Source of the DNA: an uncultured bacterium | GTDB taxonomy: Bacteria; Babelota; Babeliae; Babelales; RVW-14 | Direction of reading: 5' to 3' | Assembly: GCA_963759805.1 (NCBI GenBank) | Contig: CAVXAT010000004.1 | Location: 32,001 to 96,000, forward strand | DNA: 64,000 bases | Shown: piece after piece, positions 38,747 to 50,317 of the stretch | Position numbering within the stretch: position 1 is the stretch's first letter | Layout: every line of letters begins with the position of its first letter | Translations under genes and position numbers: made by a program | Notes under the pieces: model-generated | Seen by the model: only the letters and a program-made list of their open reading frames with translations | What the model was told of the DNA's origin: nothing | Database searches by the model: none

Positions 38747-41695
38747 ATGATTAAACAGTTTTTTAGATTGCTAAGTGCAATTTTTGTGGGATTAATCCTT
38801 TCGATTTGGATTATCCAAAATAATACAGAAGTTGAGACAGCAATTGCAAAAAAAATAATAGCCATATTAGAAAAAGAATGGAGTGTGAAGATTGATACGA
38901 AGTCTTCACGAGTTAATCTTTTCACTTGTTCGTTATATCTGAATAATGGTCATGTAAAGTACCTAAAAAAAGATAATTGTCATTGGGCATTTGATCAGTG
39001 CAAAATTCATGTTCAGCCTCTAGCCTTTTTTCGTAAGAAGAAAGTCAATCTGGATCTTAAATTTGATAATGTTATTATAAACTCCGGATTGACCGGTAGT
39101 ACCCCTGATATTACTGAGCATATATCAAAGATGTTTTCTGGGGAGTCTTACGATTTAAATATTGCCGTAAAATCCGTTTGTATAAATAATTTAGATTTAA
39201 CAATTTTAAATCTGCCGCACACCTATCGTGCCCAGGTTGAAGGTTCTTTTTTAATACAAAAAATTAGACATGCGAAAAAAGATAATTTGCCAAATTCTTG
39301 GCAGGGTGATCTTTTAATCAAGAATGCACAGTTTAGTATTGACGATAAAGTTTTTATTAAGCAGTTTTCAACGTCCGGAAATATTTATTATAGTAGAGTG
39401 GCCTCAGCATGGTTATCCAAAGTCGATAGTGTCATAAAGTCTTTAATCCCAACACCGGCTCAAAGTTACAGTATAAATTGCGTTTGGAATAACGATAAAA
39501 AATATTTAACAGTTAAAAACCCCGCCCTGGACCTTAATTTGGACGTATCATATCTTGGGGATAAGATTCTTGGTGATAAAATAAAAGTTTGTGGGATTTT
39601 TCCGGCAGAGCTTGCATTGCAAGTGGCTGGATTTTTTGGCCTAGGAGTTACGGACTCTGGCGCGTCACCCAAGGGTGATGGTTCGACAAGCTCACCACGA
39701 GCGCGCCAACCTAATGGCGCTCGTCCTGCTGTGCCCGGCGTAGCCACGAAGGGCGAAGCCTGGGAGCCTGTCGAAGGATGCGAATTTCAGGAGGGAGCAG
39801 GAGTCACAGGTAAGTGTCAGCTAGATTGTGAGTGGTTATTAAATGATTCAAGACTTGATCCAAAGAGCAGTATAATTATTGACGACTTAAAGATAAGAGA
39901 TCTTAAATTGGGTAAAGTTATTTTAAAACTCAGAGAAAGCAGCAATGAAAAATTAGCAGCAACAATTGATTTTTTATATGATCAGGATTTGCAAGCGTTG
40001 GGATTATTGAAGTGGGATTGGGCCAAATCAATGGGTAAAATAAAAGTGATGAATAAGTTACCCATTAAATTTCTCAAAGAAACATCAAAGCGGTTGGGAT
40101 TTGGTGGATATGAGATAGGCCCCAAAAATTTCTTTGTTAGCTCAGAGTTTGATAAATATTTTAATTTAAACGGGGATTACAGCCTTAATATTGCCGATCA
40201 TTCTGCCAGCAAAACTTTTAAGTATGATGGAAAATTCAAGATCGAGAATAATGAACTAAAAATTAATGGGGCAACACAAAAAGGTGAGTACGAGATTAAT
40301 TCTAAATTTTTCCCAAGGCCATCTATTTTAAAATGGGTTTATACCGTTAATGATAAAAAATTAATTGATTTGCAGTGTTGTGATACACAAACTAACATTT
40401 TACATGGCAATATTAACTTTGCATTAATAAGATCCTTTTTAACGCAAAGCGCAAAGCATCTGGTTTTGGGTCGTGATTGTATATTTAATTTGGCTGTTGA
40501 TCAGAACGATTTTTTCCATCTTCATGGTAATGCCAAGCTTGCAAGTGGTAAATTTTACATTCCGGAAAGTAGAAATCTAATTGAAAAATTTCAAACGGAT
40601 TTTGAAATTAATATTCCATTGCGCAGGATTATTCTTAACAATTCACAGATTGGATTTTTTAAGGGCGAAATCTCAAGCCCTAAAATTATTGTGCAGTTGG
40701 ATGAGAATAATTTACTTAGCAATCTACACATACCCCTAAAGATTAAAGATTTACTGCTTAATTGGAAAAATGATCTGCTCGCAATAGTTTACGGAAACGT
40801 TCTTATCAAGAAAAATTTGCAAGGAAATTACAAGGCATTGGCCAATTTGATTGTAAAAAAATCGATTCTGCGGGAAAATATTCTGTCGTTACCTGAAAAT
40901 AAATCATTTTCTAGTCCCCTGGGCATATCTTTCTTGCAAAGCAATGATTTTGATTTTGATATCAGGCTTTCAAGTGAGCAACCGATAAAGGCCAAAACCC
41001 CTTCACTTGAAACAAGCGCATCTATAAATTTGCGAATTTTATATCAAAAAAATAAAAATGTTATGAGAATTCCTCAACTAACCGGATCTATTAAGCTTGA
41101 TAGCGGTCATATTAAATTTTTGCAGACAAAATTATATTTTGAGTATGGTAAAATTCAATTCATATCAAACCAGATGAATGATCCGATTATTGACTTGATA
41201 GCTCGTAATAGAATTAACAAGTATCAGATTACCCTGCAGGCTACAGGATCGTTACAAAAGCCAATAATTCTGCTTGAGTCAAATCCCGAATTGACAGAAG
41301 AGCAGATATTGGGGCTTCTCTTATCAGGGTCTGAAGCCGCAAAACTTCAAACCGATCTGTTTGCGATGCTGGAGCAGAATTTGCACGATATGATTCTTGG
41401 TAATAAGACAATCTCTCCCGGTGCGACGAGTTTTTTCCAAAAGCTTGCCAAGCCATTTAAATATATTCAAATTACTCCGGATTTCACAAATCAATCTGCA
41501 AGAGGTGGAATAAAGGGGACGGTGTCTGCTAATCTTACTGATCAGGTAAAAGCTCAAATTCAGAAAAACTTTAATTTACCAGGTGATTTTAGTGCTCAGA
41601 TCGAATATCAGGTCGCTGATGATGTAAGTCTTAAGGGGAGCGTTGATCAGCGAGGGGAGCTTGGGGCAGAGGTAGAACTAAGGCTTAAACTTTGA
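38747..41695 (+). CDS. TamB/AsmA-like translocation-assembly protein
   Basis: N-terminal membrane anchor, long beta-rich body, C-terminal G.I.F...DP.ID...G....P...L.S.P.L....IL.LL..G (DUF490-like). Confidence 0.8.
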   Translation: MIKQFFRLLSAIFVGLILSIWIIQNNTEVETAIAKKIIAILEKEWSVKIDTKSSRVNLFTCSLYLNNGHVKYLKKDNCHWAFDQCKIHVQPLAFFRKKKVNLDLKFDNVIINSGLTGSTPDITEHISKMFSGESYDLNIAVKSVCINNLDLTILNLPHTYRAQVEGSFLIQKIRHAKKDNLPNSWQGDLLIKNAQFSIDDKVFIKQFSTSGNIYYSRVASAWLSKVDSVIKSLIPTPAQSYSINCVWNNDKKYLTVKNPALDLNLDVSYLGDKILGDKIKVCGIFPAELALQVAGFFGLGVTDSGASPKGDGSTSSPRARQPNGARPAVPGVATKGEAWEPVEGCEFQEGAGVTGKCQLDCEWLLNDSRLDPKSSIIIDDLKIRDLKLGKVILKLRESSNEKLAATIDFLYDQDLQALGLLKWDWAKSMGKIKVMNKLPIKFLKETSKRLGFGGYEIGPKNFFVSSEFDKYFNLNGDYSLNIADHSASKTFKYDGKFKIENNELKINGATQKGEYEINSKFFPRPSILKWVYTVNDKKLIDLQCCDTQTNILHGNINFALIRSFLTQSAKHLVLGRDCIFNLAVDQNDFFHLHGNAKLASGKFYIPESRNLIEKFQTDFEINIPLRRIILNNSQIGFFKGEISSPKIIVQLDENNLLSNLHIPLKIKDLLLNWKNDLLAIVYGNVLIKKNLQGNYKALANLIVKKSILRENILSLPENKSFSSPLGISFLQSNDFDFDIRLSSEQPIKAKTPSLETSASINLRILYQKNKNVMRIPQLTGSIKLDSGHIKFLQTKLYFEYGKIQFISNQMNDPIIDLIARNRINKYQITLQATGSLQKPIILLESNPELTEEQILGLLLSGSEAAKLQTDLFAMLEQNLHDMILGNKTISPGATSFFQKLAKPFKYIQITPDFTNQSARGGIKGTVSANLTDQVKAQIQKNFNLPGDFSAQIEYQVADDVSLKGSVDQRGELGAEVELRLKL
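39658..39782. repeat. in-frame cluster of palindromic elements (family A plus 36-bp insert)
   Basis: tggttcgacaagctcaccacgagcg, then cgctcgtcctg[36 bp]agcctgtcgaaggatgcg; GC-rich island in an AT-rich gene. Confidence 0.85.
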
Positions 41696-42285
41696 GCCTG
41701 TTTTAAAAGATTTTGCTCTTCCTCAGACAAGCCATTTAAATTTCTTATCTCGTGCATAAGATCTCTTGATTCCGACCTTTTTTTATCTGTCTCCGTATCT
41801 GTTTTGATTTTATTTAAATTAGCTTGTTGCTTTGATATATTTGCTTTTTCTTGCGAGAATTGCTCGGCTTGAACTCTTTCTTTTTCAAGCGCGTTCTTGG
41901 TGAGCTCAAGCTTTTTATGCGCATTTGCAAGATCCTCTTCATGCACTGCGATTTTTGATTTTAATGTGTTAATTTCATCATAAAGTTTTTTTGTTTCGGA
42001 TGATTGATTTTTAAGCTGAACACTTAAATTATGCTTTTTTTCGGCAGTGACTTTTGCAAGATTATACATTTTGTCGACCCGATCAAGAATTGAGTAAACT
42101 TTTGGCTGTGCTGCCGTAAACTCCTTTCTTATGCTCATTAAATCATTGCCTATATTTCTGTAAAGCTCCTGCATTTGTTGAAGAGTTTTTGCATTGAGTG
42201 CATACATGCTGGTAAGAACTAGATATATTAGAAAGAGTCTCAGAGTTGTTACTCCATTCATAGCTGTTACCCCATAATATTTCAT
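41647..42285 (-). CDS. hypothetical secreted coiled-coil protein
   Basis: AGGAG RBS, hydrophobic N-terminus, heptad-rich; 3' end overlaps the convergent tamB end. Confidence 0.72.
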   Translation of the reverse strand: MKYYGVTAMNGVTTLRLFLIYLVLTSMYALNAKTLQQMQELYRNIGNDLMSIRKEFTAAQPKVYSILDRVDKMYNLAKVTAEKKHNLSVQLKNQSSETKKLYDEINTLKSKIAVHEEDLANAHKKLELTKNALEKERVQAEQFSQEKANISKQQANLNKIKTDTETDKKRSESRDLMHEIRNLNGLSEEEQNLLKQAQSLSLSSTSAPSSPR

Positions 42286-42399
42286 AAACTTCTCCTTTTT
42301 AAAAAATCAGTTATAGTCAAACTATGACATTTTTCTGAATAATTTAAAATTAAATATAATATATTAAAATTTCAACTGCTAAAAAAATGAAGGCCTTTA

Positions 42400-43077
42400 A
42401 TGCGTGAACAATTTATTAAAAGACTTTTAACTTTAATCTTAGTAAGTTTGGTCTTTGGGATGTCCTTATACGCTCACTCTGAGGCCTATTTTTCTCCTGA
42501 TGATCATCCGGCAGACAGATTAATTAGTCTTATAAACAGTACAAAACATAAGATTTATGGGGCTGTTTATATGTTTACGGACAATCTAATTGCCCAGGCT
42601 TTGATTAATGCCAAAAAGCGTGGAGTTGATGTTAAAATTATTGTTGATAATGCAACTATGGATTATGAATATGGTAAGGGGACATTACTCAAAGAGAATG
42701 GAATAGATGTTTATGTTTTTTCTACTGAAGGCAAAAAGGCTAAATTTGGAACTCCGTTAATGCATAATAAGTTTGCGCTTCTTGATAGCCAAGTTTGGAC
42801 GGGGTCTTTTAACTGGACAAAAAGTGCCAACCAAAGAAATCAGGAAAATGTAATTGTAACAACCAATAAAAAAGTTTACGCAAAATATGAGAAACAATTT
42901 GGGATTTTAAAGGGTCGCGCTACATCTGCGCATTCATATCGTTCGAATCCAAAACAGAATGATAGATCAACAAATGATAGACAAATAAATAGGCAACTGG
43001 AGAAGCAGTTAGACAAAGAGATAAACAGCTTTTGGAGTAGGATTAAAGACCTTTTTTCATTTCCGCCAAGATATTAA
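42400..43077 (+). CDS. phospholipase D-family (Nuc-like) protein with a single HKD motif, exported
   Basis: YFSP, A..RGVDV, MHNKFALLD..VWTGSFNWT..A...NQEN. Confidence 0.9.
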   Translation: MREQFIKRLLTLILVSLVFGMSLYAHSEAYFSPDDHPADRLISLINSTKHKIYGAVYMFTDNLIAQALINAKKRGVDVKIIVDNATMDYEYGKGTLLKENGIDVYVFSTEGKKAKFGTPLMHNKFALLDSQVWTGSFNWTKSANQRNQENVIVTTNKKVYAKYEKQFGILKGRATSAHSYRSNPKQNDRSTNDRQINRQLEKQLDKEINSFWSRIKDLFSFPPRY

Positions 43078-43312
43078 ATTTATAGCTTTGCTGTAAATTA
43101 TCTTCGCGCTTGTTGCAAAATTATCTTAAATTTATAATTCAAAAAATCTTAGGCAATACACTAAATACAGGTGCTGTTATTGCTTTTATAGCGATTAAAA
43201 TATGCTTTAAGTAAATATTCCCACACTGGAAGAATCCTACAACAATAAAACGCAACTTGGTTGTGCACGGACTATCCCCAATTTGGGCTGCGAATATAAG
43301 TGGCTTAAGCAA

Positions 43313-43348
43313 GGGAAGACGGAGGCTAGACGCCTCCTCTTACCCGAT
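43313..43348 (+). mobile_element. group II intron (class IIC-like) domain VI remnant
   Basis: gggaagacggaggc-tagac-gcctcctcttacccgat: hairpin with bulged A ending ACCCGAT; no domain V or RT seen. Confidence 0.6.
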
Positions 43349-43370
43349 TAAACAATGCCAAAGAAATTTT

Positions 43371-43415
43371 GCAGTGCCCGACATAGCCTTGCCTGAAGGC
43401 TATGTCGGGCACTGC
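43371..43415. terminator. 20-bp perfect hairpin after the propeller gene (terminator/REP-like)
   Basis: gcagtgcccgacatagcctt-gcctg-aaggctatgtcgggcactgc. Confidence 0.8.
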
Positions 43416-45175
43416 TTGTAATTGTTATACCATAATGGTATTAATTCACGTTTTGGTAATCAAGTATTCCATTGGTTATATCCAATTGCCCGCCTGGGAG
43501 TATGTTTATTGCCAAGTCATCAGCTGAAGTTGCATCACCAAAGCAGATACTCTGCGCAAGACTTGTTGGTGTTCCAAATAAAACATCGATTAATTGGTTG
43601 TCACTGTCAACGGTCAATGTTCCTTTTATTAAACACATTCCGACTGATGATGTTGCCAGTGCACATCCATTCAAATATAACTCTGAAGAAACATCTTGCA
43701 TCGCAATTAGATTTCTACTCACAACACTTGGTGCATAATAGAAGAACACGCCATAATCCAATTTTAATCTTGAGTAACTGTTTATTGTCGATATTTGATC
43801 AGATGCGTAAATAAATTCATTTGAAAGCGAAAGCTCATTATTAGACTTGATTTCAACTTCGTCTTGGAATATCAGAGACCCAGCCGTAAAGCTGTAATCG
43901 CCCGTAATTTGTAATGTATCATTCTTGAATGTAATATTTGCGTTTGGACCTAAGCATCGTACATTGTTGTCTACAAGGCCACTCAGGAGAAGGTTTTCTA
44001 TCGTCAAGGTTCCACTTTGCATGATTTGGATGCTTTGCGTACCAAGATCAAGAGGGTTGCCATAACCATTGATTGCAGAATTCCCGCTGAATATCCATGG
44101 CATGGACATTGCCTGCTCATCTGCAAGATCAATTCTGCATCCATCGCCAAATGTTAATGTGGCACCGGCGCCCAGATGCACTGATGAGTCATCAAAGTTC
44201 TTCAGAACAACATTGTTAAGAATGACGTTACTATTTATCCCTGTTGTGAAAATATTGGGACTATCTTTTGCAAAATTTATCATGTGTCCGTTACCATCAA
44301 GCACACAGCTGTTTGCAATATTTAGTGTATGGTCTGTACTCAAATAAATATCATATGGCATAGTATATGCAGGGGTGCTAATTTGAGTAACACCCGGTCC
44401 ATTTATGGTTATCATCTCTGCATTAATTTTTACAATAGCATTACTATTATTAACAGATAGAGTGCCTCCCGCCTGACCCAGTTTGATAATAGCGTTGCTG
44501 TTATCATAAACAAGCTCGGCAGGAGCTGCTGCATAAGTCACAATATTATTATTTAGAGAAGGTGCATATGAGACCAGGTTGTAATCTCCAAGCCCGCCGC
44601 CAACTGTATTCTTGATAATGGATCTGTCATTCCACCCAACCACAGTGTTTGCCTTCATGCGAATCTCAGAGTTGCTATTTTTTAGAACAAATCTTGCATC
44701 ATCGTTGCTAAACATTGTGTAGCCAAGAGTGTTGTCGTAGTTAACAATTCCGTCGATTGAAACGTTTGCACCGGAAAGTAACTTGACATTAAGATCACTT
44801 GTTTGACCTGCTGCCGAGTTGCCAAACACGATTGAGTTGGATATGGCTTGGGTCGATCTATTTACAACATAATTAGTACCAAATATTTGTAGGCTATTGC
44901 TAGCATTAGCAGCAACAGCAAGATAGCGACCATCTGGTGACCAGGACACTGAATATGGACTATGTCCTATAGTTACACTACCAACTAATGTTGGGTTGCC
45001 GGACCCACTAAAACTACATATTAGCAGTGTGTTGCCATTATAACCAGTAACAGCAAGATAGCGACCATCCGGTGACCATGATACTGACAATGGTTGAGTT
45101 CCAGGATTTACACTGCCCACCAAGGCTGGACTAAGACCATAAAAGCTAAATATTTGCAACGTAATACTTGTCACA

Positions 45176-45625
45176 TTAACAACAGCAATAAAACGACCAT
45201 CTGGTGACCAGGACACTGAATATGGCGCAGATCCTGTACTTACACTGCCAACCAATGTTGGATTACCGAGTCCACTGAAGCTAAACATTTGCAGCGTATT
45301 ACTTGTCTTATTAACAACAGCAATAAAACGACCGTCTGGTGACCAGGACACTGAATATGGCGCAGATCCTGTACTTACACTACCAACCAATGTTGGATTA
45401 CCGAATCCACTGAAGCTAAACATTTGCAGCGTATTACTTGTCTCATTAACAACAGCAATAAAACGACCATCTGGTGACCAGGACACTGAATATGGCGCAG
45501 ACCCTGTACTTACACTACCAACCAATGTTGGATTACCGAATCCACTGAAGCTAAACATTTGCAGCGTATTACTTGTCTTATTAACAACAGCAATAAAACG
45601 ACCATCCGGTGACCATGATACCGAT
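45176..45625 (-). repeat. 135-bp near-identical tandem repeat (45-aa propeller blades)
   Basis: aacagcaataaaacgacc recurs at 45181, 45316, 45451 and 45586. Confidence 0.95.
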
Positions 45626-48600
45626 ATTGGACTATTTCCAGTACTTACGCTACCAACCAATGTTAGATACTCCGAACCACTGAAATTAAATATTTGTAGT
45701 GAATTACCGCCAGTACCATTATAGAAATTAACAACAGCAATAAAGCGCCCATCTGGTGACCAGGACACTGAATATGGATTAATTCCAGTTACTGCGCCAT
45801 GAATAAAGGCTATCGGTGAAGTATTTGTCGTGGCCAGATCTGATGTCGCATTACTTTTCATTGTAACCTTGTTGTCCAAGAGTATAGTTCCTTGGGTAAG
45901 CCTCAATCCAGTCAACGTTGTAAAGAACGAACATCCGTTTAGATAAAGTTGTGATGTTTGATCTGCCATTCTTATAAAATTATTTGTAGTTGTCGTTGGC
46001 ACGGTTGAATATGGGCAATCGGTAAATGTTGCAGGCGCAAGTGAAAAGGTTGTATTAACATCAAAAAATAGTCTGCCTCCTGATGTTATCATCAACGGCT
46101 TTGGAGATCTGTAAACAAGTGCTGATGTGCCAGTAAATTTAACATCGTTATTAACAAACAACTTGCCGCGATCAAAATAAAAATCATTTGCCGGAATCAA
46201 AGTTGCGTTGTCCAGCACAAGCTGACTGCGGTTTGAGGCCAACTTTATTGCAGGATTACCAGGGCCATTCAAAGTACTATCAACAACAACGTTACGCAAT
46301 GTCAACGTTATTGTGTCATCTACAAAGATTTCAGAATTAGCACCAATATTTACTGTGTTTCCGTTACCATCAAGCACTGCATTGTTGCTGACGTGAACGA
46401 TTGTGTTTGCAGGTATGTTCCAGTTCGAACCAACCAAAGTGTTTGGCACACCGGAATAATTTATTAGGTTAGTTGGAATTTGGGCATTTTTTGCACTTAC
46501 ATCGGAGATTAAATTGTAATCACCCAAACCGGCGTTTGAGACGTTAGAAATTATAGAGCTGTCTTGCCAACCAACCACGGTGTTTGGGGTCATGTGAATT
46601 TCAGAGTTGCTGTTTTTTAATACAAAGCTTGCATTGTTATTACTGAACATTGTGTAGCCCATGGTGTTGTCATAATTTAGAATCCCGTCGACTGAGACAT
46701 TTGCACCTGAAAGTAACTGAACGCCTAAGTCTGATGCTGATCCAGAGGCAGAGTTACCAAACACGATTGAATTGGTCAGAGCTTGGGTCAACCTATTTAC
46801 AATGTAATTAACACCAAATACTTTTAACGTATTGGATGAATTATTAACAAGAGCAATAAAACGACCGTCTGGTGACCAGGCGACTGAATATGGGTGAGTT
46901 CCGGTAGCAGCTACACCGTTGCCAGTAGTAACTTGAGTTGGGTTACCCGAACCACTGAATGTAAATATTTGCAATGTGGAAGAGTCACGATTAACAACAG
47001 CAAGAAAACGCCCATCCGATGACCAGGCTACTGCAAATGGAGAAGATCCGGTACTAGCTTGGCCAACCAATGTTGGGTTGCTGGTACCATTGAAGCCAAA
47101 TATTTGCAATGTGGAGGAACCCAAATTAACAAGAGCAATAAAACGACCATCCGGTGACCAGACGACTGAATATGTGGTAGTTCCCGTAGTTACACCAGTG
47201 CCGGTAGTAATTTGGGTTGGGTTGCCAACCCCATTGAAGCTAAATATTTGCAATGTACCGACATCCCAATTAGAAACAGCAATAAAACGTCCATCCGGTG
47301 ACCATGCAACTGAAGCTGGTTTAGATCCGGTAGTTATACTGCCAACAAATGTTAGACTGCCACCCCCACTGAAGCTAAATATTCGCAATGAATTTGGGGG
47401 ACTACCAACAACAGCAATAAAACGCCCATCCGGTGACCAGGATGCTGCCCATGGGCCAGCTCCGGTAGCTACACCTGTGCCGGTAGTAACTTGAGTTGGG
47501 TTACCCGAACCACTGAATGTAAATATTTGCAATGTGTTAGTCGCCTGATTAGCAACAGCAATAAAACGCCCATCTGGCGACCATAAAGCTGAAGTTGTGC
47601 TCCCTGCCACAGCTGCACTGCCAACCAATGTTAGGGTCCCAGCACCACTTACTCTAAATATTTGCAGAGAGCCCGGGGTAGTATTATTAACAGTAGCAAT
47701 AAATCTTCCATCCGGAGACCATGATCCCCAATTTGGTGTAGATCCGGTGGTTATGCCATGAAGACAAGCCACCGGGGTGGTACTCGTCGTAGCCAAATCC
47801 GATGACGCATTGCTTCTCATCGTCACACGATTATCAAAAAACAATGACCCCGTTCTAAGTCTGCATCCGGTCAGTGTTGTTAAAAAACTGCATCCATTAA
47901 GATAAAGTTTCGATGTCTTATCTGCCATCCAAATAAAATTATTTGTTGTGTAAGTTGATTTTACCGAATAAGGACAATCGGTAAATGTTGCCGGTGCAAC
48001 TGAGAATGTTGTTCCTGTATCAAAAAATAGTCGGCCACCCGATGTAATAAAGCTTGGCATTGGTGAAGTGTAAATAAATGCTGACGTTCCTGTAAATTTA
48101 ACATCGTTATTAACAAACAGTTGACCATGGCTGAAATTAAAATCACCGATCATGTTTAGAGTTGAATTATCAAGCACAAGTTTACTTCTATTCGATGATA
48201 GATAAATTGCAGGATTACCCACAAAGTTTTCAGTGTTACTAATTACAACGTTTCTTAAAGTCAAAGTTACATTGTCATCAACAAAGATTTCGGAATTAGC
48301 ACCCAGATTTATAGTTCCACCATATCCATCCATTAAAATATTATTTTGAATGTGAACAATTGTATTTGCGGGAATATTCCAATTAATGTACTGCATGCTG
48401 TTGTTAACTTCAGCGTAAGTTATGATGTTATTCGTACTGTAATCATACTGTTTTAAATTGTAATCTCCCAATCCTATACCACTCACATTATTTACAATAG
48501 AACTATCTCGCCAGCCAAGCATTGTCGCTGGATTTATGCGAATCTCTGAGTTGCTGTTTTTTAACACAAAACTTGCATTGTTATTACTGAATATTGATGT

Positions 48601-50264
48601 TGAATTCACATTATCGTAATTAACTATTCCGTCGACTGAGACATTTGCACCTGAAAGTAACTGAAGATTTAAGTCTGATGCAGAACCGACAGCCGAATTA
48701 CCAAACACGATTGAATTAGACACAGCTTGTCCAGTTGTCTCTTGCCCATAAGCAAGAGCTCCTATCGACAGTGACTGGTAACTTGCTGGGGTTGGTGTAT
48801 AGCCACCGGCTGCCAGATAAAGGCCACTTGGATGTACATCAGTGCTATAAATGTAGGTACCAAAAGATACTGTTTGTATAAAAGTTAATGACGGAAATTC
48901 TATATAGAGTATCAGGTCTCTTGAGGCAGTATCATTTCCACCCACAAGTAAAAATCTTCCATCCGAGCTCCATTTTACCGTTCTTGCACTTGTCCCAAAC
49001 GGTAACGCTGAGACTTGCACCGATGAGGTCGCTGCCGAATTCACTGAGTAAACATACATCGTGCCGGTGCCGGAAACCAACCCTGTTGTTGCCAAGTAGT
49101 TTCCATCAGGACTCCAGGAAACACTTGTTCCATACCCCGATGCATAATTTCTTGATAACAATGGAGATCCACCAAGGACTCCATTAGTAACAGAGTAAAC
49201 GGCTATACTTGCCGTTGCAGAGTTTGAAGCAATCGCAATATATTTTCCACTTGAATGCCAAGCAATTCCTAGAACCTCTGCCGTTGTTGCAGTTGAAACT
49301 TGATTTAAAGCACTTCCGGTGAACTGGTATATCGTCAAGTTTCGCATGTTACCGCCAACTGCCAGATAGTGCCCATCAGGGCTCCAACTTACCGGACCTG
49401 TGTATGAGGCACCCGTTGTACCAAGATTTGTCTGCACTACCGGTGAAGAAAAGTTATTAGCAGCTGAGTAAATTTGTAAGTTCGATGTTGATACCGTTAA
49501 AGATAAAGGTATATTTACTTTTCCACCCGCCGCCAAATACTGCCCATCAGGACTCCATGAAACACCAGATGCCGTCACCGAAAAGCCGACTGTTGCTAAC
49601 GTTGACGTCGTCGTTCCAGAGAATAGATACACTGCCAAGTTATTTGCCTGTGGGCTCGTTCTTGTCTGACCCGCCACCGCCAACTTTCTTCCGTCAGGAC
49701 TCCAATGCAACTTATCAATTTCCCTGAATGCATTTGCAATACCGGTTCCAAGTGTAAGAATTGCGCTTGTACCTGTTGCCCTGAATGATGTCGCACTTGT
49801 CATTGTAACGTTATTACCAAGCAGCAACTGCCCTTTGGTCAGACGCATTCCTGTCAGCGTTGTTTTCAACGCCGTTCCGTCCAGTGTCAGCTTTGACGTG
49901 GCATCGCCCATTATCAACAGATCTTTTGCCAAAAGTCCGGTCGTACCGCTTGTAGAAGGTTCAAAGTAAAAGGTTGTCTTTGGGTTAAATTTAAGATTTG
50001 CTCCTGACATGATATAACTTGGAACAGTTGAGCGGTAAATAAATGAGCTTGTTCCGGTGAAAGTAACATCGTTGTAAGCAAACAACTCTCCCTGATTAAA
50101 GTAAAAATCATTCACGAAATTCATTCTTGCATTATCAAGAACAAGTTTGCTTCTGCTTGTCGCAAGTTGTATCGGTGGATTATTTGCAAAATTCTTACTG
50201 TTACTAATCACAGGACTTCCTCAAAATAACAAACTGCCTGATCTAGTCTGATCTACAAAAAAAA

Positions 50265-50317
50265 TGTACTCTCTCAGAAGGGTTTGATCGTACAAATCAA
50301 AATCTGAGGAGAGTACA
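50265..50317 (+). promoter_or_regulatory. hairpin sequestering the transposase RBS
   Basis: tgtactctc-tcaga...tctga-g-gagagtaca inverted repeat covers GAGGAG immediately before ATG 50318. Confidence 0.65.

Noticed and set aside
43203..43311. SRP RNA, 6S RNA or tmRNA
   Set aside because: Lacks the SRP CAGG/GGAA/AGCA loop, tmRNA ends and tag, and is short for 6S; kept only as an unassigned candidate
45176..45625. CRISPR array or DGR template/variable repeat
   Set aside because: Units are contiguous 135-bp in-frame coding repeats without unique spacers; no cas or reverse transcriptase gene is in the window
46976..47494. 172-aa ORF with repeated AIKRPSGD
   Set aside because: Antisense shadow of the WSPDGRFIA blades
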